A DNA stretch of 64,000 nucleotides from an uncultured delta proteobacterium. GTDB lineage: Bacteria > Myxococcota_A > Polyangia > Polyangiales > Polyangiaceae. The stretch spans positions 1-64,000 of the forward strand of contig CAVQUB010000017.1 in assembly GCA_963716725.1 (NCBI GenBank). The letters are read 5' to 3'. The notes under the pieces were generated by a model. It worked only from the letters and a program-made list of their open reading frames with translations, made no database searches and was not told the origin of the DNA. Every line of letters begins with the position of its first letter. The first letter of the stretch is position 1. A program made the translations under genes and the position numbers. Below are positions 49,950-60,021 of the stretch, piece after piece.

Positions 49950-52082
49950 ATGGTTCCCTTTCTGGGCGCGTTTGCCCTCGCGGGAGTGCTCGTGGCTTTC
50001 GGCTACGCCTCCGTCGTGGTCGTGGCGGCGACGCTCACCTTTGGGGTTTCGAGCGCATTCGGGGGCGGCGGCTGGGCCGGAGCTCTGGGCAGCGTGCTCG
50101 CCTCCGTGTCGGCCGTGGCGCTCTTGGAGGTCGTCCTGCGTTCGCGGGCGTCGCGTCGTGATCCGCGCTGGGTCATCGATCTCCGCACCTTGTCCGAGAG
50201 TCGCCGGATCACCCTCGATTGCATCGGGGGCGAGGCGCAAGCCCTCGCACGGGCCCTCGCCCTCGGGGTCGCCGTGCCCGATACCATCGTGCTCAGCGCC
50301 GAGCTGACCGAGGCCTGGGTTCGGGAGAGCCGCGTGGCACGGCGCGGGGCCGATCCGGCGAGCCTGCTGCCACCGGGAGCCCTCGCCCCACTGCAAGCGT
50401 TCCTGCACCGCTGTGACGGCGGCAAGCTCGTGGTGCGCCCATCGTTTCGTGGAACCGACCCGGCGGCAACCTACGCCGGACTGTTCACCACCGTCGGTGA
50501 CGTCGATCCGCTGACCTTCCATGGCTTGGCGGCCGCAGTCCTGCGGGTCGCAGACTCGGCGGAGTCCAACCCCGTGCACGACTACCGGCGGCGGATGCGT
50601 CAAGTAGCGACCATCCATCGCTCGGTGGTGTTGCAGCGGCAGATTGACGCCGACGTCGCTGGAGTCGCCCAGTCGCGCGGTCTCGACGGGCGCGCCGACT
50701 CCATCTTGATCGACTTTGCGAAGCGTCGCGCGCCGACCATGACCGTCAGCTACGATCTGATCGACGGCGCAGTGCTGGCCGTCGCGCCCGACACGCCACT
50801 CGATGCGACACCGAGCTGGATGAATCGTCTGGCGGCGCTGGTGGTCGCCCTGGACAGCGAGCTTGGCGGCACCGTACTGGTGCACTTCGCGGTCGAGAAG
50901 GGCCGGCTCTGGGTCCAGTCGGTGCGTCGCGTGCAGACCGAAGAGCGCACGACGTGGGTCAGCGCGAGCGGGCCTTTGGAGGCGCTATTCCCTCGGCTTC
51001 CGCGCTTCGTGTGCGAGACCTTTGGTGACGCGAGCGTCTTGATCGACGGAGCCAACGACGCCCTCGGCGGCCTCGCGGTCACGACCAGGGACGATGTCCG
51101 TTTCGAGGAGGGTGTGCGTTACCTCAACGTCGAGGTCTTACGTCGGGCGCTGGGGCGCCTGGGGGCGGAGATCCTCTTCGCCGAGCCCGTCTGGCGACTC
51201 GTGGCGCTGGCGAGACGGCGGCCGCGCCGCCCATTTCTGAAGCCGCCCGAAGTCGACGCGGACGTCGCCAGGAGCATCGACAAGCTGCGCTCCTGGCAGA
51301 GCCGAGTCTTGCTGCCGCTCGCCCGGGAACACGTGGCGCTCGGCCTTCGACGTTGGCTCATCGAAGCGGTCGTCGGGATGCTGTCGGACGGCGGGACGGG
51401 TGAGGACATTCCGCGCATGCACCGGCGGCTGCGGCCGTTGCTCAAGCAGCGCGCGGCCGGTTGCTCGGCGGAGCACGAGCGCGCTCGCCGGCACCTGGAG
51501 GCGAGCGAGCCTGCCGTTCGGCACTTTGCAGCGCAGCTCTTGGCCCGGGGTGCCACGGATTGGAGCGGTGTGTTCGTCGGTGAGCGTCACCTGCACGCGG
51601 GGCTCGACGAAATGACGCGCTGGGCGCACTCGCCGGCGGAGCGCGACGCCCTCAGCGCCAGTTGGGACGAAGAGCAGCTCGGATTCGAGGCCCGGCATCT
51701 GATGGAGACGCCAGAGCGCATCGTCGAGCCGGCGCCGCCGGACAGCATGCTCTCCCTCGCCGACGCGGCCCTGGTGGTGGTCGGGCTGACCACCGGAAGC
51801 GCCGCGGGCATCGTCGTGGCTCCGAGCAATTCTCGGGGACAGGTCCCCGCGGACGCGGTGGTGGTGTTGCCCGACGGGCGCGCGGAGTTTGCGGGGACCG
51901 TGCTGGGCGCGCGCGCGCTGATCCTGGCCGGAGGCGGCGCGCTCTCCCCCATGGCGCAGCTCGCGAGGGAACTGGGCATGCCCACCGTGCTCACGGTGCA
52001 GCGCTTGCCCGTGACGAGCTTGCCCCTCGGACGGGTCGTGCAGGTCGATGGAGCGCTCGGTGCACTGGAGGTGCGCACGTGA
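49950..52082 (+). CDS. Membrane-anchored, degenerate PEP-utiliser (PPDK-N plus mobile-domain) protein
   Basis: IGGEAQAL, VVRPS, TYAGLFTT, VVLQRQI; C-terminal GGALSPMAQLARELGMP and VDG. Confidence 0.7.
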   Translation: MVPFLGAFALAGVLVAFGYASVVVVAATLTFGVSSAFGGGGWAGALGSVLASVSAVALLEVVLRSRASRRDPRWVIDLRTLSESRRITLDCIGGEAQALARALALGVAVPDTIVLSAELTEAWVRESRVARRGADPASLLPPGALAPLQAFLHRCDGGKLVVRPSFRGTDPAATYAGLFTTVGDVDPLTFHGLAAAVLRVADSAESNPVHDYRRRMRQVATIHRSVVLQRQIDADVAGVAQSRGLDGRADSILIDFAKRRAPTMTVSYDLIDGAVLAVAPDTPLDATPSWMNRLAALVVALDSELGGTVLVHFAVEKGRLWVQSVRRVQTEERTTWVSASGPLEALFPRLPRFVCETFGDASVLIDGANDALGGLAVTTRDDVRFEEGVRYLNVEVLRRALGRLGAEILFAEPVWRLVALARRRPRRPFLKPPEVDADVARSIDKLRSWQSRVLLPLAREHVALGLRRWLIEAVVGMLSDGGTGEDIPRMHRRLRPLLKQRAAGCSAEHERARRHLEASEPAVRHFAAQLLARGATDWSGVFVGERHLHAGLDEMTRWAHSPAERDALSASWDEEQLGFEARHLMETPERIVEPAPPDSMLSLADAALVVVGLTTGSAAGIVVAPSNSRGQVPADAVVVLPDGRAEFAGTVLGARALILAGGGALSPMAQLARELGMPTVLTVQRLPVTSLPLGRVVQVDGALGALEVRT

Positions 52083-53620
52083 GCGGGTGGCTGGTCGGAG
52101 CGAGCGTGCTCGGATCGGGACTTGGACTGGCCGCGATGCTGTGGCTCGCGCGCCGCGTCGCCGATCGACTGGGCTCGGACGACCCCGCGGGCTGGCGCTC
52201 GGCGCTGTGGGCCATCGTTGCCCTCGGTCTGCTCGCCGGTCTCTACTTCGTGCCCGGAGCTCTGCCGTCGCTCGGCATCGTCGTGCTCCTCACGATCTGG
52301 GCGCTGGTCGGTACGGCGCTCGAACAGCGAGGCGGGGTGCTCCGCGGCCGCTTGGCCGTGCTTCAGCTCTATGCCGTCTTCTTCTGCTCGGCGTACCTCT
52401 ACGCCAACGGGGCAGGCCTGCTGGTGGGGACGCGCGCCTCCGCGGTCGCGTCGTTTGCGCTGCACGAGCAGCTCACGCAAGTCTCCCTGCCGCTGGCCGA
52501 TCGCGTGCTTGGCTTCTCGCGAGCGGCCGACCCTGCCGTCGCAGCCTACGCGGTGAGTGCTGGCCTCTCACGCCACTTGCTGCTCTGGCTCGCCGTCGCA
52601 GCCTTCGTGTTCGCGGTGTACGCGGCCGCCTACCTCGCTCGACGTCCGCTCCCGCTGCCCGGCGCAGGCCTCCTGCCCAGCCCGCGCATTTTTGCCTTGG
52701 TCTTCGCGGCGCTGTCCATGGCGAGCGCGCTCACGCCCTCTGCCCACCCCGTCGGACACTTCATTCATCTGCCCGCCCTGGTCCTGTGCCCGTTGTTCGT
52801 CGCGGATGGAGGCGCCTTGCTCCACCGCTGGCTCTTGCCGCTGCGAGCCCGTGGCCTCGTGCTCGCGCTGCTCGTCGCGGCCTTTCTCGTGCTGCCCGCC
52901 CTGGCCTTCGTCGTCGCCGCGCTGGGCGTGATCTCGCAGCTCGCCGGCCTCCGGGAGCTCTTGCCCTTCGCCGCAATCGACGAAGCTCCGCTGAAACGTC
53001 CTGGCCTGGCGGTGATGCTGGCGCCGGTTGGCCTGGCGTCTCTGTGCGTCGTCGCCGGTGCTTCCGCGGCCGCGCTCGGGCTTGGCAGCGTGTCGCCGTT
53101 GCTCGGGGCCTCGGCGGAAGTCTGTGGCAACGCCGAGGCGAGCGTGGACTGGGAGTTGCGCACGGCGACGTTCCCGCTAGCGAGCGGGCGTTTCACCATG
53201 GACCTGGACGAGACGCCCCTCGACCTGTCGGCTCCGACCCGGACCTGCGAGCTGGCCGGCAAGCGTCTGTGCACCTCCGACGAATGGTACCTCGCCTGCG
53301 CCTGCACCTATCCGCTCGAGGTCGAAGCGGGCACCAAGACGTCGACGCTCTACGCGCTCGTCGCGCGTGCCGATCGGGAGCGAGCTGCCGGCGAACCCGG
53401 ACCACGTCAGCCGACCACGGCGGCCGACAAACGCAGCGAACTCCGGGGGCTGCTCACCGGCAAAACTGAGCTGGTCTCGCAGGCGAGGCGTCGTGGCCTG
53501 CTGCTGGCGGGGCCCAGCGACGCTCAGCGCGATGCGTGGACGGTCGACTGTCGCCACCGCTCTTTCTCGACCGAGCGCGCCGTCGGGGCCGCTCCGGCCG
53601 CGGCGCGATGCTGTCGCTGA
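52079..53620 (+). CDS. Multi-TM protein with a C-terminal FGE-sulfatase-like Cys domain
   Basis: About 10 hydrophobic segments; FTMDLDE, CELAGKRLCTSDEWYLAC, RCCR; GTGA overlap. Confidence 0.65.
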   Translation: MSGWLVGASVLGSGLGLAAMLWLARRVADRLGSDDPAGWRSALWAIVALGLLAGLYFVPGALPSLGIVVLLTIWALVGTALEQRGGVLRGRLAVLQLYAVFFCSAYLYANGAGLLVGTRASAVASFALHEQLTQVSLPLADRVLGFSRAADPAVAAYAVSAGLSRHLLLWLAVAAFVFAVYAAAYLARRPLPLPGAGLLPSPRIFALVFAALSMASALTPSAHPVGHFIHLPALVLCPLFVADGGALLHRWLLPLRARGLVLALLVAAFLVLPALAFVVAALGVISQLAGLRELLPFAAIDEAPLKRPGLAVMLAPVGLASLCVVAGASAAALGLGSVSPLLGASAEVCGNAEASVDWELRTATFPLASGRFTMDLDETPLDLSAPTRTCELAGKRLCTSDEWYLACACTYPLEVEAGTKTSTLYALVARADRERAAGEPGPRQPTTAADKRSELRGLLTGKTELVSQARRRGLLLAGPSDAQRDAWTVDCRHRSFSTERAVGAAPAAARCCR

Positions 53621-53665
53621 CGGGCACCCTTTCGTCGGGGCGGGGGATGCTCTAGCGTTCGCGTC

Positions 53666-54649
53666 ATGTCGAAGGTCTTCGAAGACAACTCCCAGTCCAT
53701 CGGGCGGACGCCGCTGATCAAGATCAACCGGATCACGGCCGGCGCTTCCGCGACGGTGCTCGCCAAGATCGAGGGGCGGAACCCCGCGTACTCGGTCAAG
53801 TGTCGCATCGGTGCGGCCATGGTGGCCGACGCCGAGAAGCGCGGCCTGTTGGGCCCCGGCAAGACCATCATCGAAGCTACCAGCGGCAACACCGGCATCG
53901 CGCTGGCGTTCGCGGCTGCGTCGCGCGGCATCGAGTGCGTGCTCACCATGCCCGACACCATGACCATCGAAAGGCGCAAGGTGCTGGTAGCGTTCGGAGC
54001 CAAGCTGATCCTGACGCCCGGCGCACAGGGCATGAAGGGCGCCATCGCCAAGGCCGAGGAGCTGGCGGCGGCCGAGCCGAGCCGCTACGTGCCCATGCGG
54101 CAGTTCGACAACCCCGCGAACCCTGCCATCCACGAGACCACCACTGGGCCCGAGATCTGGAATGACACCGACGGCAAAGTGGACGTCTTCGTCTCGGGGG
54201 TGGGCACCGGTGGGACCCTCACCGGCGTCAGTCGATTTTTCGAGAAGACGAAGGGGCGGGCGCTGCACACCGTCGCGGTCGAGCCGAAGGCTTCTCCGGT
54301 CATCGCGCAGACCATCGCTGGCGAGCCGCTAGCCCCGTCACCCCACAAGATCCAGGGTCTCGGCGCGGGCTTCGTGCCCAAGAACCTCGACCTCTCGTTC
54401 GTCGATCAGGTCGAACACGTCACCAACGAGGAGTCGATCGAGATGGCGCGGCGCCTCGCCAAGGAGGAGGGCATCCTAGCGGGCATCTCCTGCGGCGCCG
54501 CCATGGTCGTGGCCGATCGGCTGGCGCGGGACGCTCGCTTTGCGGGAAAGACCATCGTGGTCGTGCTGCCGGACTCCGGCGAGCGCTACCTGAGCGGAGC
54601 GCTCTACGAGGGCCTCTTCGACGAGGTCGCGACCGCGACGGCCAGCTGA
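53666..54649 (+). CDS. cysK: Cysteine synthase A
   Basis: [38 protein letters not shown]. Confidence 0.96.
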   Translation: MSKVFEDNSQSIGRTPLIKINRITAGASATVLAKIEGRNPAYSVKCRIGAAMVADAEKRGLLGPGKTIIEATSGNTGIALAFAAASRGIECVLTMPDTMTIERRKVLVAFGAKLILTPGAQGMKGAIAKAEELAAAEPSRYVPMRQFDNPANPAIHETTTGPEIWNDTDGKVDVFVSGVGTGGTLTGVSRFFEKTKGRALHTVAVEPKASPVIAQTIAGEPLAPSPHKIQGLGAGFVPKNLDLSFVDQVEHVTNEESIEMARRLAKEEGILAGISCGAAMVVADRLARDARFAGKTIVVVLPDSGERYLSGALYEGLFDEVATATAS

Positions 54650-54703
54650 GCTCGGCTGGACGCACCCCCAAGCCGCGGCCTGCTCGGCGGTGTCGTGTGC
54701 GGG

Positions 54704-55213
54704 TCACTCTCGGTCTGGATCTGGAAGGCGATGCTTGATGGCAGTGAGCTCAGCAATGTCGAGCAGATCCTGGGGGCGCCCCGCCGCGCGCTTCATCTCG
54801 ATTAGATCGTCAATCGAGACGACCAAGAACCCGTAGCCGCCGAGCTCGACGGTCTTCGCCCGCGCCTTGAGTTGCTCGAAGCGGTGGCTCTGCTGGACCA
54901 GGAGATCGATCTCGATCGCGCCGCTGGTCGACCGAAAGGTAAGCGCCAACATGCCTTTGTCGCGCATCCACTTCTCGATGTTCAAGACGTCTTTGATTGA
55001 CTCCCGCGTTTCCGGGATGCGGGGTCGTCCCCCGGCGTCCCAGATCGCGTCGATCAGCCCAGGCCACGTCTTCGCATCGAGCCTCGGCACGACGTCGACG
55101 TCGTAGGTCACGCGCCGCCCGCCGTGCAGGAAGGCCGCAACGCCACCAACGATGACGAACTCCGCCCCGGCGTCAGCGAGCAGATTCAGTAGTTTCAGGA
55201 AGTCCTGGGGCAT
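54704..55213 (-). CDS. Nucleotidyltransferase (DUF6036/AbiEii-like)
   Basis: IVGGVA, RVTYDVD, IDLL, LIEMKRAAGRPQD. Confidence 0.8.
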   Translation of the reverse strand: MPQDFLKLLNLLADAGAEFVIVGGVAAFLHGGRRVTYDVDVVPRLDAKTWPGLIDAIWDAGGRPRIPETRESIKDVLNIEKWMRDKGMLALTFRSTSGAIEIDLLVQQSHRFEQLKARAKTVELGGYGFLVVSIDDLIEMKRAAGRPQDLLDIAELTAIKHRLPDPDRE

Positions 55214-55418
55214 ATTCCGGGTGCTGCGCGATCATGGCTTGTCGCATCTTGGCCAACGCGGTCGCAGCGGCCGTGAGGTTCGCGAGGCGCTGTTCGAAGC
55301 TGGCGCTCGTGAGGGGAGCTACGACGCCCAGATCCGGCGATACTCCAGTCCAATCGGCCTCGGGCGCGGGCGTCGCGGTGGTTGTCGCGCACGCCGCGGA
55401 GTCATCCGTTCTCGCCAT
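55173..55418 (-). CDS. Small hypothetical protein, possible partner of the nucleotidyltransferase
   Basis: Overlaps the NTase start; DWTGV...SFEQRL pattern. Confidence 0.45.
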   Translation of the reverse strand: MARTDDSAACATTTATPAPEADWTGVSPDLGVVAPLTSASFEQRLANLTAAATALAKMRQAMIAQHPEYAPGLPETTESAR

Positions 55419-55630
55419 GGTGACCTGGCAACAGTAACGCGCCGCCCCGCCCTCGACAACAGCCCTCACCGCACCAGGCTCACCACCACCGCGTCGCAAA
55501 GACTCAGATCCTTTCTCCAACCGGCGCGTAACAGCATCAATCACCGCTGACGCGCCCGCCGGGTGCCACGCAACCGACACGCTCGAGCAGGGATGCGCGG
55601 GTGTGTTGGTCCGCCGAGAGGAAAAAAGGG

Positions 55631-57052
55631 ATGATTCGCCGTTGGCTAAGGACGCCGAGGGCCCGTCGGGGTCTGGCATTGGGTATCGTCGTGCTCGCAA
55701 CCGGAGGCTTGGTCCTCGCCCGGGCGCCTGGGGGAGCGTCACTGTCGACCTTCGGGGTCGCTTCGGGCCAGAACGCCACCACCTTCTCGGGTCCTGGTGC
55801 CAGCGGATCGCTCGCGCTCAGTCAGACCAAGGTTCACACTCAGGGTGCGCAGACGGTGTTCGCGGAGCTCCGGCTCAGGGCCGACGCGAGCCGCGCCGTG
55901 GCCGAAGAGCGCGCGCCGCTCTCGCTGGCCATCGTCATCGACACCTCGGGTTCGATGAGCGGGGAGAAGATCGAGAGCGCGAAGCGCAGCGTGATTTCGT
56001 TCCTGCGGCAAATGCGGGACGACGACGAGGTCGCGGTCGTTCGCTACGATCACGCGCACGAGGTCTTGCAGCCGCTGGCGCGGGTCGGAGCCATTCGGAG
56101 CTCGCTGATCGACAAGGTGAGCACGCTGCAAGCCGGGGGCGGCACGAACATTCCGCCGGCCTTGAGCCAAGGGCTCTCGCTCTTGTCCGATTCCGGAGCG
56201 CGGCGTGTCCGACGCGTGGTGTTGGTGAGCGACGGCTTGGACAGCGGTCGGGACCGCGCCTCGCAGATCGCGCAGTCGGCGTCGGACTCCCGCACGACGG
56301 TGTCCGCCCTGGGCATCGGGCTCGACTTCGACGAGGGCTACATGTCCGCGGTCGCTGGCTCCGGGCGCGGAAACTTCGGGTTTGTCCAGGACGCAGGGAC
56401 CCTCGCTCGATTCTTGGAGCGCGAGCTGAAGGAGACCGCGAACACGGTCATCGAGTCGGCTCGAGCCAGCGTCGAGCTGCCGGCGGGCGCGCGCTTCGTG
56501 CGGGCCGTGGGCGCTCGGGGCTCAGTCTCGGGCAATACCCTCGAGTTGGACGTCGGATCGCTGTTTGCGGGCGACGAGCGACGCGTCGTTGTCGAACTCG
56601 CCTTCGACGCCGAGCACGGCGAGAGCATGCCGCTGCGGGCAGACGTGTCGTGGCAGCGCGTGGGAGGCGATCGGGTGAACTCGAGGCTGGCCGCGCTCAC
56701 CGTGACGGGCGAGCGCGACGGCGAAGCGGTCCTCGCCTCCCGTGATGGCAGCATCTACGCCAGCGCGCTGTCGGCCACGGCGTCGCTGCGGCAAATCGCG
56801 GCGGCGGAGGCCTACGCCCGCGGCGATCGCGACCAAGCCGACGATCTGCTGAAGCAGAACGAGCAGAGCCTCCAGGTCGCGGCGGCGGCGGCGCCCGAGG
56901 CCGAGCGGGCCGCGATCGGTCGACAGCTGGACGAAGTGAGCGACGCGCGGAGCAAGTTCAATCGCTTTGCTCCAGGGTCTCCCGCCGCCAAGGCCGCCGG
57001 CAAGAGCTCCGCGGCCAAGAACGCCGAGAACCTCTCGCGCAAAGCCTTCTGA
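55631..57052 (+). CDS. Membrane-anchored vWA protein (YfbK-like)
   Basis: VIDTSGSM, GGTN, LVSDG, GIG..FDE; SD present. Confidence 0.9.
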   Translation: MIRRWLRTPRARRGLALGIVVLATGGLVLARAPGGASLSTFGVASGQNATTFSGPGASGSLALSQTKVHTQGAQTVFAELRLRADASRAVAEERAPLSLAIVIDTSGSMSGEKIESAKRSVISFLRQMRDDDEVAVVRYDHAHEVLQPLARVGAIRSSLIDKVSTLQAGGGTNIPPALSQGLSLLSDSGARRVRRVVLVSDGLDSGRDRASQIAQSASDSRTTVSALGIGLDFDEGYMSAVAGSGRGNFGFVQDAGTLARFLERELKETANTVIESARASVELPAGARFVRAVGARGSVSGNTLELDVGSLFAGDERRVVVELAFDAEHGESMPLRADVSWQRVGGDRVNSRLAALTVTGERDGEAVLASRDGSIYASALSATASLRQIAAAEAYARGDRDQADDLLKQNEQSLQVAAAAAPEAERAAIGRQLDEVSDARSKFNRFAPGSPAAKAAGKSSAAKNAENLSRKAF

Positions 57053-57067
57053 GCCGAGGAGAACGTC

Positions 57068-57904
57068 ATGCGCGCACTGACCCTGCTCTTTGCTTCGGCC
57101 TTGGCCTACGGGCTCCTGCCCTTCTCGACCCGCCTCGGCACGGTGCTCGGAGCCGTCATCGCCGTCGGCTTCGGCGTGCTCCTGGCCCTCGCCGCGAGCT
57201 TCTCGGCGAATGCCATTGCGGTGGCGTCTGGAGCCATCGGGGCCTTCGCCAGCGGCGTGCTCTCGACCCACGCCGCCGCGCTGGCGGGTGCGGTGCTGCT
57301 CGGACTGGCGTTCTCCGAGCGAACCTTGCGCGTTCGCGATCGTAACTCACGCATCGTGCACGTGATCGTCGCGCTCGGCGCCGGCGGGTTGGCTGGCCAC
57401 CTGGCGATGCAATACGCGGCCTCGGATGTCCTGGTACGGGCGGTCGTGATCGTGATCGCGGCCGTGCTCTCCGCCGCGCCGTTGATGATCCCCGCCGACG
57501 ACCCACTGGCCCACGCCTTGGATGACCTCGGTGGATCCATCAGCGGTGAGTCGGGCCAGAAGCTCAGCGCGGCGGCGGAGCTCCGTCGCTCCGTGGACGA
57601 GTCGTTGCTCGATGCGACCGGGGCCCGCGACGCGCGCCGGGCTTGGAAGAACTTGCTGGGTCTGGGGCAAGCGCGCGCCCGCCTGGCCACCGCCAAGGCT
57701 CCGGGGGAGCGCGCGCAAGCCGTGATCCGGCGGGTCGATCAGCGCATCGCGGAGCACGTGGACAGTCTGACTCGCATGTACACGGCGGCCGACGCCGCGA
57801 GCGCCGCGGGGCTGAGCCTCGACGACGCAGCGCTGCGCAGCGTGGAGACGACCCTCGAGACCCTGGACGAGGTCAGCAAGGCGATGATGGAGGAGGTCGC
57901 GTGA
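57068..57904 (+). CDS. Membrane protein with a C-terminal coiled coil
   Basis: 5-6 TM segments followed by a helical tail. Confidence 0.7.
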   Translation: MRALTLLFASALAYGLLPFSTRLGTVLGAVIAVGFGVLLALAASFSANAIAVASGAIGAFASGVLSTHAAALAGAVLLGLAFSERTLRVRDRNSRIVHVIVALGAGGLAGHLAMQYAASDVLVRAVVIVIAAVLSAAPLMIPADDPLAHALDDLGGSISGESGQKLSAAAELRRSVDESLLDATGARDARRAWKNLLGLGQARARLATAKAPGERAQAVIRRVDQRIAEHVDSLTRMYTAADAASAAGLSLDDAALRSVETTLETLDEVSKAMMEEVA

Positions 57905-58335
57905 AGCGCCGCTCGCGGGCCGCCCGTCTGGTGAGCGTGAAGAGTTGGCTCTTGCCGACGCTGATCGGTCCCGGCCTGGGCGCCCTGGCCTTCGTCGTCG
58001 TGCACGCCCTGGTGACGGGCATGGGCACCGGGCGAGTGCTGGTGGAGGTGGTCGCCTCGGCGGCGGTCGCGGCGGTGCTGACCGCGGTGCTCTCGCTAGT
58101 CGACATCGGCCTCTTGCTCACGCGACTGCGCACTCCGCCCACATCGACCAAGGCTTGGCTTTCGTCGGCGCTCGCGGGGGCGTGCGCGGTCCTGCTCTGG
58201 CGCTTGCTCCGGCCGGCGCTCCTGAGCGCGCCGTCGAGCCATGGCGTTGCCGTCTTGGCCGCGGTGATCGTCGCCGCCATCGCAGTGCGCGTGCTCGCCG
58301 GAGATCGGCCCAGCGCGTGGCTGCGATTTTCGTGA
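57901..58335 (+). CDS. Small 4-TM membrane protein
   Basis: GTGA overlap; hydrophobic segments. Confidence 0.6.
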   Translation: MKRRSRAARLVSVKSWLLPTLIGPGLGALAFVVVHALVTGMGTGRVLVEVVASAAVAAVLTAVLSLVDIGLLLTRLRTPPTSTKAWLSSALAGACAVLLWRLLRPALLSAPSSHGVAVLAAVIVAAIAVRVLAGDRPSAWLRFS

Positions 58336-58341
58336 CGCGAC

Positions 58342-59286
58342 TCAGTGCAACAGCGCCGTGAACGACAGGTGGTAGCCCGTCGCGGTGTCATCGAAGGTGT
58401 TGCCGAGGCGGGTGTGATCCGCGGCTGCTGCCAAGATGCGCGCCTCGGCTCCGAATGACCATTGGTCGCCGACCCAGAAATCGTAGCCGCCGAAGAGCGC
58501 GGCGCCGCCTCCGCTGGCCGAGTTGCCGTCCTCGTCCTGGAGCCCGATGTTTGCGGGTCCGATCAGCAGCCCTACGTGAGCGCCGCCTTTCGGATCGGGA
58601 AACCAATCGAGGACCACTCCCAGGATTGAAACGCCGAGGGACTGGTCGTCGACTTTGTCGCTCAGCGACTGGTCGCCAGCTTCGACCTCCAGATCGGGGT
58701 GGGTCAGGTCTTGACCGACGACGCCGCCGCCAATCACGATGCCGGCTCCGACCGTGCCGCCGATGAGCAGCTCGAAGGTTGGGCCAAACCCGGTGTAGGT
58801 GGCTTTCACTCCGTCGGTGTCGCCGGTGCCTTCGGCGACGACGCGGCCGTAGCCCGCCCCCAGGCCCATGCGCAGATAGAACCCGTCGTGGTGGCGCTTC
58901 GAGGTGTCGGGCTTCGCGGGGGGCGGAGGCTGCGGTGGTCCGTACCCCGGCGGCGGGCCGTAGCCCGGTGGATAGCCCTGCCCCGGTGGGTAGTAGTAGC
59001 CGGGTGGCGGCGGGTAGTAGCCAGGTGGTGGCGGAGAGTAACCGGGCTGCGCGCCGGGTTGCGGCGCGTAGTAGGGCCCGGGCGGAGGCGGGGGCACTGC
59101 GCCGGGTGGCGGAGCCGGTTGGGGCGGAGCAGGCGGCGGCTCCAGCGGAGCCTCGGTGCCAGCCGGCGCGGGCGACTCAGGGGCCGTTGGCGGAGCGGAG
59201 GGCGCTGAGGGCGGAGCCGCGGATTGGGCTGCGGCGTGCGAGGTGACGAAGCAAATCAGTGCGCAGCCCAGAGCGGTGAGACGCAT
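58342..59286 (-). CDS. Outer-membrane beta-barrel protein with a Pro/Tyr-rich N-terminus
   Basis: Signal peptide, PPPGY repeats, HDGFYLR, GYDFW. Confidence 0.78.
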   Translation of the reverse strand: MRLTALGCALICFVTSHAAAQSAAPPSAPSAPPTAPESPAPAGTEAPLEPPPAPPQPAPPPGAVPPPPPGPYYAPQPGAQPGYSPPPPGYYPPPPGYYYPPGQGYPPGYGPPPGYGPPQPPPPAKPDTSKRHHDGFYLRMGLGAGYGRVVAEGTGDTDGVKATYTGFGPTFELLIGGTVGAGIVIGGGVVGQDLTHPDLEVEAGDQSLSDKVDDQSLGVSILGVVLDWFPDPKGGAHVGLLIGPANIGLQDEDGNSASGGGAALFGGYDFWVGDQWSFGAEARILAAAADHTRLGNTFDDTATGYHLSFTALLH

Positions 59287-59309
59287 GGGCTAAAGGCTAT
59301 CACGGGGCC

Positions 59310-59918
59310 CTATTCGGCGGCGAGCGAGCAGCTGACCGGGCGCGCGATCATCGCGGCACCCTCTGGCACCCAGGCCTGCCCCGGCGACCAGCGGACCTTG
59401 ATGTTCTCCAGCCGGCCCACGAACTTGAGCTCGCAGTCCGCGACGAAGCGGGCGAGCTTCTTCTGATCGACGCCGGCCGACGGCTCACTGTGCAGCCGAA
59501 GCGCCATGTTGGGCTCAGCCCAGAGCCCGGCGATGAGCACCAGCTTGTTGTCGGGCCAGGTGCGATACGGCTGGATCAGATTCGTCCCGTTGTCGTCGAG
59601 GGGGGCGCTTGGATCCTTCGCGTGTGCCTCGGTCTCGGTCTTGAAAGCGCAGCGGGCACCGTCGAAGGTGTCGGCGTGAGAGCATCCCAGAAGCTCGTAG
59701 TCGGCGGTGACCAGGGTGACCTTGGCCTTACCGGTATTGCCAACCTGCCAGGTGCTCGTATCAGTGGCGTCCTTTTCCGGCGGACTGATCCAGTTGGCTA
59801 GGGGCGAGAAGGGCAGCACGATCATCGCGCCCAGGAAAGCGGCAGCGATGAGGAAGTGGCCGCTCGCGACCGGGATGGGTTCCCGGGGGCGTCGGCGGCG
59901 GACCGTCGTGGTGGCCAT
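59310..59918 (-). CDS. Hypothetical single-TM exported protein
   Basis: N-terminal TM, 4 Cys. Confidence 0.7.
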   Translation of the reverse strand: MATTTVRRRRPREPIPVASGHFLIAAAFLGAMIVLPFSPLANWISPPEKDATDTSTWQVGNTGKAKVTLVTADYELLGCSHADTFDGARCAFKTETEAHAKDPSAPLDDNGTNLIQPYRTWPDNKLVLIAGLWAEPNMALRLHSEPSAGVDQKKLARFVADCELKFVGRLENIKVRWSPGQAWVPEGAAMIARPVSCSLAAE

Positions 59919-60021
59919 GCGGGGCGTTTTCTAGCCGTAAACGCGCGCACCGTCCATGGGTGTTCGTCCCGTCCGAGACCGAGGCCGGCTTTGAGCTATA
60001 TCTCGGCGCGTGGCTGGCTCG

